Shown here: positions 1-13,733 of the stretch, piece after piece
Numbering within the stretch: the stretch's first letter is position 1
Layout: each line of letters opens with the position of its first letter
Origin: Eledone cirrhosa
Lineage: Eukaryota
DNA: 64,000 nt
Assembly (NCBI GenBank): GCA_964016885.1
Contig: OZ024742.1
Coordinates: forward strand, 280,736,001-280,800,000
Direction of reading: 5' to 3'
The notes under the pieces: generated by a model
Databases searched by the model: none
What the model saw: only the letters and a program-made list of their open reading frames with translations
Told to the model about the DNA's origin: nothing
Program-made: the position numbers and the translations under genes

Positions 1-274
1 AGACACCATGCTGTGTCTGTCAGTGATCTATGGTAGTTAGGGGAAATTTCCGAATTATGTTTCTGCTCAGTCTAAGTGAAAAATTGAATTACCGGAGAGA
101 TCAGAGAACTTTCCGCCAAGATTTAGATTATAATTTTAACTTTCTATTGGGATCGTTGAACTATAACAATATAACAATCTGAATTGTCGGCTCGAAAATA
201 TAAGTGTACCATCGCTTCAGTGGAACATTACATTTTAGTGTGTGTGTATATATATATATATACGTGTGTGCGGG

Positions 275-307
<33 letters not shown>

Positions 308-330
308 TGTTTGTGTGTCTATATATATAT

Positions 331-480
331 AAGGAAAATGAATAAAAAATGCAACTGGGGTCTTAAGAATATTTATTATAAATATTCTTAAAAAGACTGC
401 AGTTACATTTTCTATTTCTTTTCCTTATACTTTCACTCGCGTAGGACATCTCGACTTTTTTATTAAAAAAACCTCATTTT

Positions 481-482
<2 letters not shown>
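331..482. repeat. Short inverted PLE-terminus fragment in (TA)n, same family as 30083-30895, 59421-59612 and 63634-63760
   Basis: Arms aaggaaaatg...gcaactgg and gcagttacattttc...ttcctt are imperfect reverse complements. The tail tatactttcactcgcgtaggaca is shared with the 30.8 kb and 59.5 kb copies. Confidence 0.6.
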
Positions 483-528
<46 letters not shown>

Positions 529-529
529 T

Positions 530-780
530 TGAGTAAAATGACAGGAGGCCGGACTGGTGAAATTCCTTAAAGATTTATTACAAACACATTTCAATGACCG
601 GGTTCTGTAGGTACCCGGTGACATCATCAGGTGTTACCAAATTTATTTAATAGAGGAATATAGTAATGATAGACACATTCCAAGGGGCTGAAGAGTAGAG
701 AGAAATCTTTAAGACCTGAAGCCAGTAGTTGCCAGTCTGGATGACCACCTTCAAGTGGTGAACCGACAAACATAAATGTG
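530..780 (-). mobile_element. PLE pLTR/3' fragment with degenerate hammerhead ribozyme (~582-634)
   Basis: Minus strand reads acac-CTGATGA-tgtcaccgggt...acccggtcatt-GAAA-tgtgtt. It is homologous to the pLTRs at 26.6, 28.8 and 41.6 kb and is flanked by (TA)n. Confidence 0.6.
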
Positions 781-782
781 TG

Positions 783-838
<56 letters not shown>

Positions 839-844
839 TATATA

Positions 845-1787
845 TCACATTTGAGCTGACTTTTGGGAGGCTTCCATATAGCTTTGATTTTTCATCCTCA
901 GTGTATACTGATTAATGTTCAGAGCCATCCTCAGCATTCTCGTGTAGCACCCATCCACCATGTAAGTGAGTTTCTTGGTCAGTGTCCAAGCCCCAGACCC
1001 GTGCAGCAGCAAAGAATCCACTACTGAAATGTAGAGGCGGATTTTCAGGTCTTTACGAAGGTCCGACTTCCACACCTATCTCAAGCTGTGGCACGCCGCC
1101 CAGGCTTTGCTCTTCCTCTCAACCACATCATCTTCCGTATTCAAAATCTCTGCTCCCAAATACAGGAAGTCCTCAACCAATTCTTGCGGCTTTCCGCCTA
1201 CATTAGTGATCCCCTCTCGCTTCTCAACATTTTCTACCAGATATTTTGTTTTAGTCTCATTCATTCTCAGCCCCACACTCATCGACACAGTCTCAACTTC
1301 CTGCATCAAATCCTCTGCCTCCTTCACTGTATTTGTCACCATTACTATGTCGCCGGCAAATTCAGCATCCGATATCTTTTTCGCCTTAACTCTCCTGCTC
1401 TGAGCCGGTGCTACAGTAAAGCCAGAGTCCTGCTGTTTCTCCAGTGCAAGGTGCATAGAATAGTCCACTACGATGATAAAAAGGTAGGGAACCAATGTAT
1501 CTCCCTGGATCACTCCAGCCAGTATCTCAAAGAACTCAGTCATCCCATCAGAGTTGACTGAGGTTAGCTGGACATGCTCCCCGACATCCAGAGTTAACAT
1601 TGCACTCAGTGCTCCTGTGGGAGCCCCTACATGGATACACTGGAAGAAGAAGACCAGGGTTAACGTATGTTGATGCGCTAAGGACAGATACTAGTCTGTT
1701 GGAGACGCAGAACATTGCAGCGATAATGAAGGACAGAGACCGCTGGAGAGAACTCGTCCATGGATCTCGGGAATTTTACCCGCCCTA

Positions 1788-1790
<3 letters not shown>
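845..1790. mobile_element. RTE-clade LINE fragment with 5' inversion (RT on minus 845-1599; C-terminus on plus 1600-1788)
   Basis: Minus ORFs contain GVIQGDTLVPYLFII, FAGDI (degenerate FADD), FLYLG, KIRLYISVVDSLLLHG and DGCYTRMLR. The plus ORF LLWEP...RRPGLTYVDAL...DRDRWR is the RTE ORF tail. (TA)n on both sides. Confidence 0.85.
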
Positions 1791-1827
<37 letters not shown>

Positions 1828-4331
1828 CTATGTGTGTGTGCGTGTGTGTGTATGTATTTAACAAATTTAATATAGAAATGGCTTCTCCATGATTAGTACT
1901 GTTTCATTCAAAGGAAATCAGGGATTTCTTGATGCTTTCCTTCGAACGAAATAATTCCAGTCCCGTAGGAGCCATTTCTATATTAAATTTGTTGTATACA
2001 CTCTACTAAAGTATTGAGTACCTTACTTACCGTGGTTGCCCCAATTGAACATATTGGATGTATGTGTGTGAGTGTGCGTGAGTGTTTGTAATGTTCACGT
2101 ATGTGAGAGTCAATACTCAATACCGAAGTAGAAGTTAACAATATGCTATATTTTGGCAAAATGATGAGTCTTGTAACTCAAGAGATTCACTTTTATACTT
2201 ACATGATCATCACTCAAGATTTGATTGGTCTTATGATCCGGTGAGTACACGAGTGAAACTCCAGTCTAACAAATACGCGTAATACTAACATTGAATATCT
2301 ATATTCGTTGGTCTATGATTTACTTGGAAAATCACGTTTAGTTTTCCTATAGATATGTGTTTCTACTAGGTTACCCCACGCCTGCTAGTTTACTATATGA
2401 CACTAAGTTATAGAATAATTAATCAAAAGAAGTTGACCCGGTCTGTCTTCGCTATAAAGAATAACTCCAATTATATATTTAACCAGTAACATTTCCTTAA
2501 GCGAATCTGTTGTATTTTCCTCGTATGCTATACTCGTATTGGTATTGATCAAAAATATAGATCTAGGAATTTATTTAGTTCCTTTTGTATGTATATATAT
2601 ATATTTATATTTGTTTATTTCCCCATTAGTCTTTTCACTGTTGTGGATTTTTTTTTTGTTACTGTTGTTCTTTCCTACAACTGCCTGGGATCACCGAGTA
2701 AAATTACCATGATTGCCAGCATGTAGAACTATATCTGATTACAGAATACACCTTTAACCTACACAAGGAAGAGAACATTTTTATTATGGGACATCAAGTA
2801 AAATATCCAACAAAAAATTGCTAAGAAAACAATGGAATTGATATGAAATAAACTTGGAAGCCATTAAGTATATGATGACTGACAACACAATCCCAGGCAA
2901 TAAGATGAGACTACAAAATGCAGATAAATCAAAGTAAAAAACGAGCAATTAAAACAAAAACCCGTTACATGTTCAAGGATAATTATGAACCAGCCAAGAA
3001 GTAAAGCCCACGCATACAGGCACTGCTATATACCTGCTTATTAATACTACTATCTCGTATGAAGGATGAATTTTAAGAGTACTCACTCGGTCCATTTTCA
3101 GTTCAGTGTGACTCCAGTGTTACTGGTGTAATTAACATGTAAAAATAGCAACGTTCCCTCGTTAATAAAAACGCATGAATACAAACAAACACACACACAC
3201 ATATATATACTCTTTTACTCTTTCACTCTATTACCTGTTCCAGCCACCCGGCTGGGGCAATGTAGATACATATTTATATAGAGACAGATACATAAACATA
3301 TGCTTATATATTCAATTTTAGGAACCTAAATAGACGTGAGGTTCTTGGCTGGAATGCTCCCTTAAGGCCTACCTGTGACTAAACTATAATAACAGCATCA
3401 AGGTCACCAATTCGGGACTAGCGAAGAGCCGCTATGTTTTGTTAGATCATCATAGTGATAACTACTGATCCATTGCATGGTGTCAAACCTGCTTCAGAAA
3501 TAATATATGTGCTAGACCTGAAAACCAAATGATTATGCCACTTTGTCTGCTAAAGCAAGGGTTAGTCTTGCAAGGCCAAAGAAAATCTTCTCCACTTTTC
3601 TCAAACATCTACATCCGCCCTCACCAACGCCTTCACTTTAATTTCCTCTTTCATCAACCGCACCTATGTACTCCAAAACGATGCTCTGAATTGTCTCAAT
3701 GTACAGAGCAACCGATTCTGCAGGAGAAAGAAACAAAGAAGATAGGGAGAATACGACAGAGTAAGTAAGAGACCTAATCACTGTGTTTGCCTTGAACGTT
3801 CGTTCAGAATGATGAAAGTCAATTTCACCCTGCACTATTAAAATTGTGAATATCCATTGGATATTCTATGTCCGGGAGTAGGGTGTGATGCTTGGAATTC
3901 AAAGGTATTTTTTTTTTATCCTAGTCTGTTGGGTCAGTGTTGATTGGTGCTAAATACCAATAGCAACAACTGCACCAATAATTGTAGTGTCAGCAACAAA
4001 TCATCAACATCCTCATCATCATAATTATCATCATTATCAAAAACATCAAGAGCAGCAATATCTTAACCAGTCTAGATATTCGAGTTCCAGGTGTCTGATC
4101 CTCTTTCTCGGATTAAATGAAAAATAAATGATTAAAAAAAAGAAATTAATCACAAAGAAACTAGTAAACAAATAGATAAACAAATAAATAGATAAATAGA
4201 TAAAATAATCCAATTTACTCTAATTAATTTGATAATATATTTTGATATCATTGAACTAATTATTTAAGTTCATTTCAATAAAGTTCATTAGAAAAACCGA
4301 AAGTTTCCTGAGAATATTATCACATTTACAG

Positions 4332-4464
4332 ACAGCTACATTACACTTGCTTGAACAGGAGGTAAAGCTATGAGCAATATTGAAATTACGTCGGAATCGA
4401 TCAACACTGATCAAGCAGAACTTGCGGTTGGTGATTATCCAAATGTTGCCATATATCACTTTAG
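4332..4464 (+). other. Candidate host exon (possibly fibronectin-III-like) containing an in-frame TGA
   Basis: Acceptor catttacAG (4331), donor GTGAGC (4465). Frame reads SYITLA*TGGKAMSNIEITSESINTDQAELAVGDYPNVAIYHF. The resemblance to FN3 (SITLxW...YxFR) is weak; no partner exon identified. Confidence 0.25.
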
Positions 4465-4603
4465 GTGAGCTGTATTATCTAAAGTGACAGTTTGTGAATT
4501 AAGGAAGATTTTCGTGTTATTTTACCAAATCGTGACACGAACTATAGAACATTTTACTGGCTTGTTGAAATCATGTTGTTTTTGTTACTTGTGTTATTTA
4601 GAC

Positions 4604-5167
4604 CAGCGGTCACCAACCGATGGTCCGCGCACCACTGGTGATACTGAGAAAATGTTGGTGGTCCGTAGAAAAATTTGGACATTATTTACAATCTTTTTTT
4701 TATTAAAAGTAAAAAATATATTTCATAACACCCCTAAACAATGTTTCTCCTCAGTAAAGAACTAACATCCCTGAAATAATTTTGCACATATGTATCATCT
4801 ATCGACAATATGGTACACGTACTCTTGAGTGTTGTTTAATAAAATGAAAGTTCTCTGTTCATTATTTCACAGGGCAGTGGTTTGGAAGTATCGGTAGAGC
4901 CTCAGTCAACATGCTTTGCAGCATAAAGTTATAACTCGTTACGTTCTGAATTCAAATCTGCCGAGGTTAACTTTGTCTTTCATTCTTACGGGGTCAATGA
5001 ATTAAAGCACCAGTAATGCAGTGGGATAATTGGTGGCCTTTTGCCAAAAGTAGAAAAATTATTTTACAAATGTATTTATGTTTTAAGAAAATTCCATATT
5101 AGTGGTTCGTGGGATTTAATATTATGAATTTAGAGATCTGTGAGGTCCGAAAAGTTGGTGACCGCTG
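4604..5167. mobile_element. Non-autonomous hAT (Charlie-like) MITE with nested SINE
   Basis: Perfect 14-bp TIRs cagcggtcaccaac / gttggtgaccgctg; 8-bp TSD atttagac / gtttagac. Confidence 0.85.
4872..5060 (+). mobile_element. tRNA-derived SINE nested in the hAT MITE
   Basis: B-box-like ttcaaat followed by the conserved core gccgaggttaactttgtctttcattcttacggggtc; matches ~10 other copies in the window. Confidence 0.75.
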
Positions 5168-5904
5168 GTTTAGACTCTTACCAAATCTTATCAAGGGGAA
5201 TTAAGATCAAAGACACTCTATCCACGAATAACCCGTTTTCTACCATTCCGTTTACTAATTTTAGCACACGAGCAGATTTGTAAATTGCTGAAATATTGAA
5301 ATGAGATGGATGCGATGTGCAGGAAAACGCAGTCACACAAAGCTTGCACACAAATGCATATATAGCCCTTTCCCTACATTTTGCATGAAGATGTAGTCTC
5401 GTTGAATTTGAAAAACAATTACAGATATAGCTTTCATTCCGTCATTTAATCTTTTTCAGAATTTGTTGAGAATTTTACACATAGAGAATTTTTTCTTGAA
5501 ACTTTGGACATTTTGGATTTGTCGTCCATATATATATGTATATATAAATTAGAAAATATATAGCTTTTACCGTATTTTTGACTAAAGGAATTTTAGCCTG
5601 ATAATGGGGTTTAGAACCCTCAGATAAATGGAAAAAAGATGAGTATTGACGTATATATATATATATAAATAATTTAATTTTATAATTTCGCTATATTGAT
5701 CAACGTAGCAAGATTCTAAAATTGTAATATTATGAAATTAAATTTAGAACTACAAGTCAAGTCATTATTTCCCTTTTTTTCAATTATACCTAATTGCACC
5801 AAGTATTTCACACAGTTTGCAAAATAATATAATAAAATATATGATATATATATATATATATTGGTGCAATTAGATATAATTAAGGGAAAGAATGACTTCA
5901 CTTG

Positions 5905-6130
5905 GAACTAGTATTTTTCAAGAATTATCCTTAACGCTAAGGAATTTTCCTTTGATTTAACAGGGATGTTGATGAGGATTACTGCAGTAAGAATTTTAGA
6001 TTTACTTCATAAATGTGTATATATTTATGAATTAAATCTAAAATTCTTACTGCAGTAATCTTCATCAAAATCCCTGTTAAATCAAAAGAAAATTCCTTAG
6101 CGTTAAGGATAATTCTTGAAAAATACTAGA
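5905..6130. repeat. ~105-bp-arm inverted repeat (another partial copy at 8730-8795)
   Basis: ctagtatttttcaagaattatccttaacgctaagg...ttttagattt is mirrored by aaatctaaaattc...cttgaaaaatactag. Confidence 0.8.
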
Positions 6131-6188
6131 CTTAAATTTAAAATAAAAAAATATTAAAATTGAAAGAAAACATGCAGTGTGTGTGTGT

Positions 6189-6261
<73 letters not shown>

Positions 6262-6594
6262 TGTGTGTGTGTGTGGGCGTGTTTGGGTAGATGTGTGTCT
6301 GATCTTTAGTAAATAGAGTCACGATTCCTGTTAAGTTACGGTATTACTAGATCTCTTCATGGAAGCATTGACTTATGTCACCATATTTATCACACATCAG
6401 ATTGAATGAGAGAATATATAAATACATCGGTGATTCCTAAATTCCGAAATGAGTCAGATAAACTAAGTTTATACATTATGGACTCACCACTAATCTTCAA
6501 GAGTGGAGAAAAGAGGCTGAGAGAAAGAAAGTGAGAGAGGAGGTGAAAGAGAGAAAGAGATGGAAATAAAAGAATTGACCACACTATTTGAGTG

Positions 6595-6725
6595 ATAATT
6601 TATTTATCGATCTCGAAAGAATGACAGGCAAATTTGAAATAGACGGAATTTGACTTAAGAGCGAAGAACTAATAGGCGGAAAGAAAACCGCAAACGTCTA
6701 ACGACTTTGCCAATTCGTTGCCTTA
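6595..6725 (-). mobile_element. Diverged SINE copy
   Basis: tttatttatcgatctcgaaagaatgacaggcaaa...ggaatttgact is the reverse complement of the SINE core. Confidence 0.5.
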
Positions 6726-7181
6726 TGATAGAATATATAGTGCTTGATTGAAATATATTCAGCTAAAATATACTTTTAGACACGTGTATTTGAACATTAA
6801 GAAACTTTTGGAACGTAATATACTGATTCTCCAGGTATATTATTATTATTATCATTATTATTGTGGTTGTTGCGATTATATGATTATTATTATTATTATT
6901 ATTTTTTTTTATTTTTTTTTTTTTTCAATTTCCAAGGTCTTTTGGATGTTGAATGTGTTTGAACAAACAGAGAAGCGAGGAAGACATGCAACATCTGGTG
7001 TTTAATTTAGCTTTAATTCCATTCTGCAATTCACCTCAGCTTACGCATTCAAATAACATCATGACGTCTTTGTCATAATTAATTAGTCTGTTAATTAACT
7101 AATTAGTTTGCTAGCTCGGTAGTGAAGTAGTTAGTTGTTTGAATTTCAAATTATTCCCTCCTCTCTCTCTTCCTCTCTATC

Positions 7182-7312
<131 letters not shown>

Positions 7313-7666
7313 CTCTCTTTATCTCTCTACCCATCTCTCTCCCTTTCCCCCTCTCTCTTACTCCTTTCTCTCCCCGTCTATTTTTTCGCTTTCGAAACGA
7401 ATTATTTTTTCTTTAAAGGGAATAGGGTTCTGTTTGTGTGTGTATATATCTCAGTGCGCGCGCGCCTCTGCGTGTGGTGGTTTGTGGGAATAGTTCAAAA
7501 TGGTTTAATGATTAAAAATCCCTTGCTCTATTTATTTTATGGTGCTCTCCTTACTGTTTGTATATGCAATATATCATGAAAATTTGAATAACATTTGAAA
7601 AGATATTTCTTGTAGTCTAAGAAGTCGTATCTTAAAAGAAATATATTCAGAAAAATAATATATATG

Positions 7667-7746
<80 letters not shown>

Positions 7747-7776
7747 TATATATATGTATATACATGTATATATATG

Positions 7777-7815
<39 letters not shown>

Positions 7816-7910
7816 GTAGCGTTGCAAGTAAATGCGTCCGTAGGCGGTTTGCTGGTTGAGCACTGGATGCTCGCGCAGAGCAGAGTATAATATTATATAT
7901 ATATATATAT

Positions 7911-8665
7911 ATATAAAGAATTAGTATACCTACCAACGTATATGTACAGATGCATACCTATGTTGGCAAATATATAGATTTTCTCTTAGTAACTTTGTGG
8001 TTCAATGCAATGGGATGCACAACAATGAAAGACGTCAAATAAGAAAATGATAAAAATTAACTTACTAAAATTTCACTCCAACTCATTCGTTTCTGAAAGG
8101 GAATAAACATAGTTTCTAATTTTCTTATTTTACGTCTTTCATATAATTGTTCTGCATCCCCTTGCATTGAACCACAAAGTTACTAAGACAAAACCTATAT
8201 ATTTGCCAGCATAGGTATGCATCTGTACATATATGTTGGTAGATATACTAATTCTTTATAATTATCTCCAAATTATTTTGTTGAGCAAAAATTTTCAAAA
8301 ACTACTACTATGGTTCATAGTAATAGTCAGGCTACTGTCTTATTAGCACCCCACTCCTCACTGATTGACCTCGATGTCACGTGATTGATTCTTTTGAATT
8401 TGCCACCGACCAAGTAGGCAGTGATATGTTCAATGTCCTGGAATTTAGTCCTCGCTTGCTTTTTCCATCCACTGAATTATTTTTGTATAAGTTCCCTGTG
8501 GACACGCATTGCCTGGGAACTTAGCTGAGAATAGACCTCCCTGATGACGAAAGGATTTTTCTCCATGGTGTTCCATTTAGAAACCATGTTTATTCCCTTT
8601 CAGAAACTAATTAGTTGGAGTGAAATTTTAGTAAGTTAATTTTTATAATTTTCTTATTTTACGTC

Positions 8666-8670
<5 letters not shown>
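7911..8670. repeat. Compound inverted duplication between (TA)n tracts
   Basis: 7911-8022 is the reverse complement of 8150-8262; 8025-8116 is the reverse complement of 8580-8670. Confidence 0.75.
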
Positions 8671-8725
<55 letters not shown>

Positions 8726-8929
8726 GCACGCATTTATGAAGTAAATCTCAATTCTTACTGCAGTAATCCTCATCAACATCCCTGTTAAATCGAAAGACAG
8801 AGGAAAGTGAGAAGGAAAAGAAATAGAAAAAACTGTGAAATAAGATAAGGGTGTGGATTTTCGTTTGCCAATGTGTGTCCCTTCAATACCAATACAGAAA
8901 ATAACATCGAAGCAAGTGTGTACTTATCT

Positions 8930-9620
8930 TCGTAAACCTATGACAATTTTGTCCTCCCTTATGCAACAAGAAATCAAGTGATTCACCGACCCGCCTCTGA
9001 TACCTTCTACAGAGAAGCGTTCATCAACATAAAAGACAAAGACTGGAAGATGTTGACAAATTAGTCTACCTGGGTAGTAAACTTTCTAAAACAGCAATGA
9101 ACAGCATGGAACAGGAACGGAATCAGCATCAAAACTAAGTTAAAAGTCTACAATGCTGCCATGTTTCTCTTTCTATTCTATGGTAGTTAGACCATTGTAC
9201 ATGAAATGCTTGAGGAAGTCAAGCAAGAAGAGGAAATGCCAGACATACATATGTGTTTGGGAAAGCAGGATTAGAAAGTATTTACACCATCCTCAAACGT
9301 TCTCAACTGAAATTGGCAGGCCATGTGTGTTGCATTAACGATAATCGCTTTCTAAATATGTTTTCTATTGCCAACTTTGGGAAGACCTCCGAAATGCTAC
9401 AACTACTCTGTGAAAGGAAATCTCAAATCAGCAGAATGTGTGGAAACTAGCAGTTCAAGCTCCCTAAGGATGTGCCTAAATTCCTCCGTGGTCAACAGCT
9501 CCGAAATAGCATACACAGGGCAACAGAAAGTAAAAATGGGAAGAAAAGCTGCAGCTTCAACCCTCAAATTGGAGCACAGCACTGCATTTCCAGACCTCAA
9601 TACTCTCCATTTTATATCGA
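8930..9620 (+). mobile_element. Highly decayed RTE/BovB-like LINE 3' fragment
   Basis: Residual motifs VDK..YLGS, TKLKVYNAA and LKRSQLKLAGHV, broken by frameshifts. Confidence 0.6.
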
Positions 9621-10294
9621 TCTTCTTTTCTTATTATATGCATGAGATCATACTCACCTTCGGTAATGAAGGAGAAACATTATATAAATATATATGTATG
9701 TTGTAGCTGACAGATCACTCAATCCTTAGGAGTAGTTGTAATATAAAGACAAATTTCGCAAGTAACAACACTAGATTACAAGTATCGGATCGCTTAGTTG
9801 TATACTAATGCTGATATCTGGAAAAATACCGCACTTTGTCCTTACTTAACATGTGATGGACTCTCACAATTCCTCATGGCTAGTTTTGGAGGAGAGATTC
9901 AGTCGATTACATCTACGAAACTACTTGCCTTATTCAATTGGAGAAAGCTGGTTGATTGAAAATCTGCCGAGTTTTCTTAACAAGCGACCAATCTGGTAAC
10001 TCGTCGCCCTAGCCAGTTCACAAGCAGCAACTCCAATTGGGACATCTATCTCCCACACATATAAGAACTGTTACTTGAGACTTTCGGATATATGCTTACT
10101 GGTCGGTGAAGGGAATAACACGTATGAGCGGTGACATATCAATATATCAATCGATATTTACATCTTGTTTGGTTTTTGTCTGAAGAGAACACGTAGGGCA
10201 GTTGTTATACAACTGCCTTACGTTTTTGAAATACGTATAAAAAAATAAATAGGGATGTACAAATGAAACCGTCTTTCTTGTTTATCATCATTAT

Positions 10295-10480
10295 TTGGCA
10301 GTATCGGTAGAGGGTCGGATGCCACGCTTTGACGTATAGAGTTACGGCCCTTGCCATTCTAAGTTCAAATCTTGCCGAGGTTAACTTTGCCTTTCATCCT
10401 TATGGGGTCGATAAAATAAAGTACCAGTAATGCTCTGGCTACTTGCTGGCCTTGTGCCAAAAGTAGAAACAATTATTATC
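10295..10480 (+). mobile_element. tRNA-derived SINE
   Basis: tggcagtatcggtagag (A-box-like), gttcaaatc (B-box), core gcctttcatccttatggggtcgataaaataaagtaccag; ends at (TA)n. Confidence 0.85.
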
Positions 10481-10481
10481 A

Positions 10482-10526
<45 letters not shown>

Positions 10527-10529
<3 letters not shown>

Positions 10530-10720
10530 AAAAAAGTATTACCCCGACGGCAGAGCTCAAGCCGTTTCGACGGGTATTTCTGGACCAAAAATAGCCGTCG
10601 AAACGGCTTGAGCTCTGCCGTCGGGGTCATACTTTTTCCTATTTCCCACTCTACTACCCTAAGTAATGAGTACTCTTGTGCGTTATGGTCCGTCTGGTTC
10701 CTTACCACAATTCCTTTGTT
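10527..10720 (+). mobile_element. PLE 3' terminus with fold-back palindrome and half-hammerhead
   Basis: 10527-10640 is a near-perfect palindrome. The right arm has cGAAAcggc-ttgagctct-gccgTC-ggggt, the 3' half of the HHR at 22288-22383. Confidence 0.75.
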
Positions 10721-10729
10721 ATGTATATG

Positions 10730-10819
<90 letters not shown>

Positions 10820-10924
10820 CCTAGGCTAAATTGATATGTATATATTATATATGAATCTAACCCATGGTAGCCTCGAGAAATGGACATTAAACGGTGATGA
10901 GGATGATGATATTGATATATATAT

Positions 10925-11045
10925 ATAATTGTTTCTACTTTCGGTTCAAGGCCAGCAATTAACCAGTGCATTACTGGTACTTTATTTTATCGAGCCAGTA
11001 AGGATGAAATGCAAAGTTAACTTCGTCGGGATTTGAAATCAGATC
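10925..11045 (-). mobile_element. SINE 3' portion
   Basis: Reverse complement of the SINE core and tail. Confidence 0.7.
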
Positions 11046-11559
11046 ATGTTGATATATATATATATATATATTATACGTATGGATGCATATAAAACCACGT
11101 ATACACACATACATATATATATAAAGATAAAGATGGCGGATACATAGATAAATAAATATAGGTATATATGTGTATGAGTATGTATATGTGTATGTGTGTG
11201 TATGTGTGCGTGCGTGTGTGTGTGTGTATATGTGTGTGTGTGCGTGTGTGTGTGTCTTTTCCTATGGGGATTAGATATAAAGTACATTATAGCCAAAATA
11301 TATTTAACTTCGTCTGAAATTTAAGTTTTCTTTATTAAACTCTCGCTTCGTTGAATAAAATATGTCAATCGAAATTGTAATAACAACATTCTTCACGGAA
11401 ATTCTGTATACGTGTTTGCTGTTATTATTGTTATTATTGTTATTATTGTTATTATTTTCATCGTTATCATTATTATTATTCTTAGTTGTTGAAAAGAAGT
11501 GAGCCGTGTCTTATAATAAACACTATAATTAATGGCATTCACAACAAACTTTTATACCT

Positions 11560-11620
11560 TAGAAACCACCAGCATCACCACTACCACAATGATGACCATA
11601 ATCATCATTATCACCACCAC

Positions 11621-11679
<59 letters not shown>

Positions 11680-12170
11680 CCATCATGATCGTGATCATGA
11701 TCATGATCATGATCATCATTATCATTATCATTGCCATCATCCTCATCATCTTCATTATCAACCTCATCATCTTCATCATCATCATTATCCTGCTACTCCT
11801 CCACCTTCTCCGCCCCCTCCACAACCTCTTCCTCCACCACCTCCCCCTTCATCTTCTCCTCATCATCATCATTATCATCATCACCATCATCATTTCAGCA
11901 TCGTCGTCGCCACTAACCTCTCTCCTCTCCTATTCCCCCCCATCTTCATCGTCATCGATCTAACGGGACAGCCTCTATTTGGTTGATCGACTAGATACAC
12001 ACCATTATATTTCACGTCGTCATCAGCGTTGCCATCATGGAGATCAGCATGTTCATCCTAATCACTCCCACGCCATCATCATCACCTTCCACATCACCAT
12101 CGCTATCCCCCATCATCATCATCATCATCATCATCTTATCCTATTTATCCTCATCATCATGATTATCATA
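11560..12170. repeat. (CAT)n/(CCT)n trinucleotide low-complexity tract
   Basis: Long catcat run; gives spurious poly-His/Ile/Met ORFs. Confidence 0.9.
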
Positions 12171-13686
12171 AATTCCATAAACATTTTTTATTAGTTTATT
12201 TCAACCATTTGTTAGCTCATTATAATCAAAGGATGAATATAATTAAATACTTTAATTTTTTCATATGATATTACCATAATAATTATTCTTAACAACATGG
12301 CTGAGGGAAAATAATTAACGGCAGCCATCTGCATACAAAATACTCATAGAGTAATATCTCACATGTAGAGAGTGGAAACATTTTACTGAGGATATCTAAG
12401 AGGTACGTGGACAAATATACACTCTACGTATAGTTTAAAATAAATAGTTTAACATAAAAAAATACATGCAAGAGAAACATGTCCATAGAATTTTAATGCT
12501 AACTTGTGAGAGACATTTCCTGTCATTTGTTATGAGATCTTCTCAGTTAAGCATATTCTATTCAGGTGCCAAGACTAACAGGGATCAACATATACATAAA
12601 AATATAGGCAGTTCTGTTCTTCATATTCAATAAACATGTAGTAATATCTCACATATAAAATATAGCGAGGTTATAAATTTTATTTAATTGGGATATTCTT
12701 AGAATTAGTAGATAAAAGCATCTTTATTCTTTACCGAACGCTGATTCATGGTTTTACAAATGTGACTGTTTGTCTTATTATGCGTGTCCAACGGCATAAA
12801 CTATTGTGTTCGTTCATATATTTAAAGAGGTTAGAATGTGATTTAAGCGAAATTTTGTTGCTTTATTCACTTATTTTGTTCTTCATGCTGTTGCTATGTT
12901 TTGAAGTTATCCTAAGGCCATGATTGATGGAACTGAAGTATGATGAAAGGCATTCTGCAGTGGGAGAGCTAATTATTTATTTTTGGATTAAAGGGTAAGC
13001 AAAAAGTTCGTCAAAATATTTGAAAAAAAGTGGAAAGAAGAACAAGAACCGTCTGCGAAATGTTATAAAAAGACACGAATAGATACGAATGTTGTATATG
13101 TAGTCCCTTCCACAGAATCCACAAGAAAATACACTAACGACATATTTTACAAACATTTACTGATCTGATTTAGTCATTTAACTTTCATTCCAGAATTTGT
13201 CGATTATTTCCGTGTAAAAAATTTTACACAAACATATTTTTTCTTGAAATCACCGCCATTTTGAAATTGTCTACGATAACATATCTTGATTTGCTACGCC
13301 TCAGTGATGAACGTATATAAAAGAATCTACTTCAAACAAAGATACCTTTGGTGTCTTGCTGATGAAGTGAATACAAGGTTTTTTTAATGAGATTCTCACA
13401 GAAAAATAATTATGACTGAAATAAAAAATATATATGTATTTTATTTTGATACGTATGTATTTATTACTAACAGTTCATTGCGTTTACATTTTGCATTGTA
13501 TTATCTATATCTATAGGTGCATACACACGCTTTGGTAGGTTTATGACTAAATATATGCAAATATAAATACACCCCAACACACACAAACACACACACACAC
13601 GCACATACACACACACATACACACTCACATACACAGCCACACACATGCACAGGCACACACACACAACCACACACACACACACACAC

Positions 13687-13733
<47 letters not shown>

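Noticed and set aside
8538-8600. CTGATGA...GAAA hammerhead candidate
   Set aside because: No convincing stems I and II.
11486-11986. His/Pro-rich 166-aa ORF
   Set aside because: (CAT)n repeat open in several frames on both strands; no domain or splice evidence.
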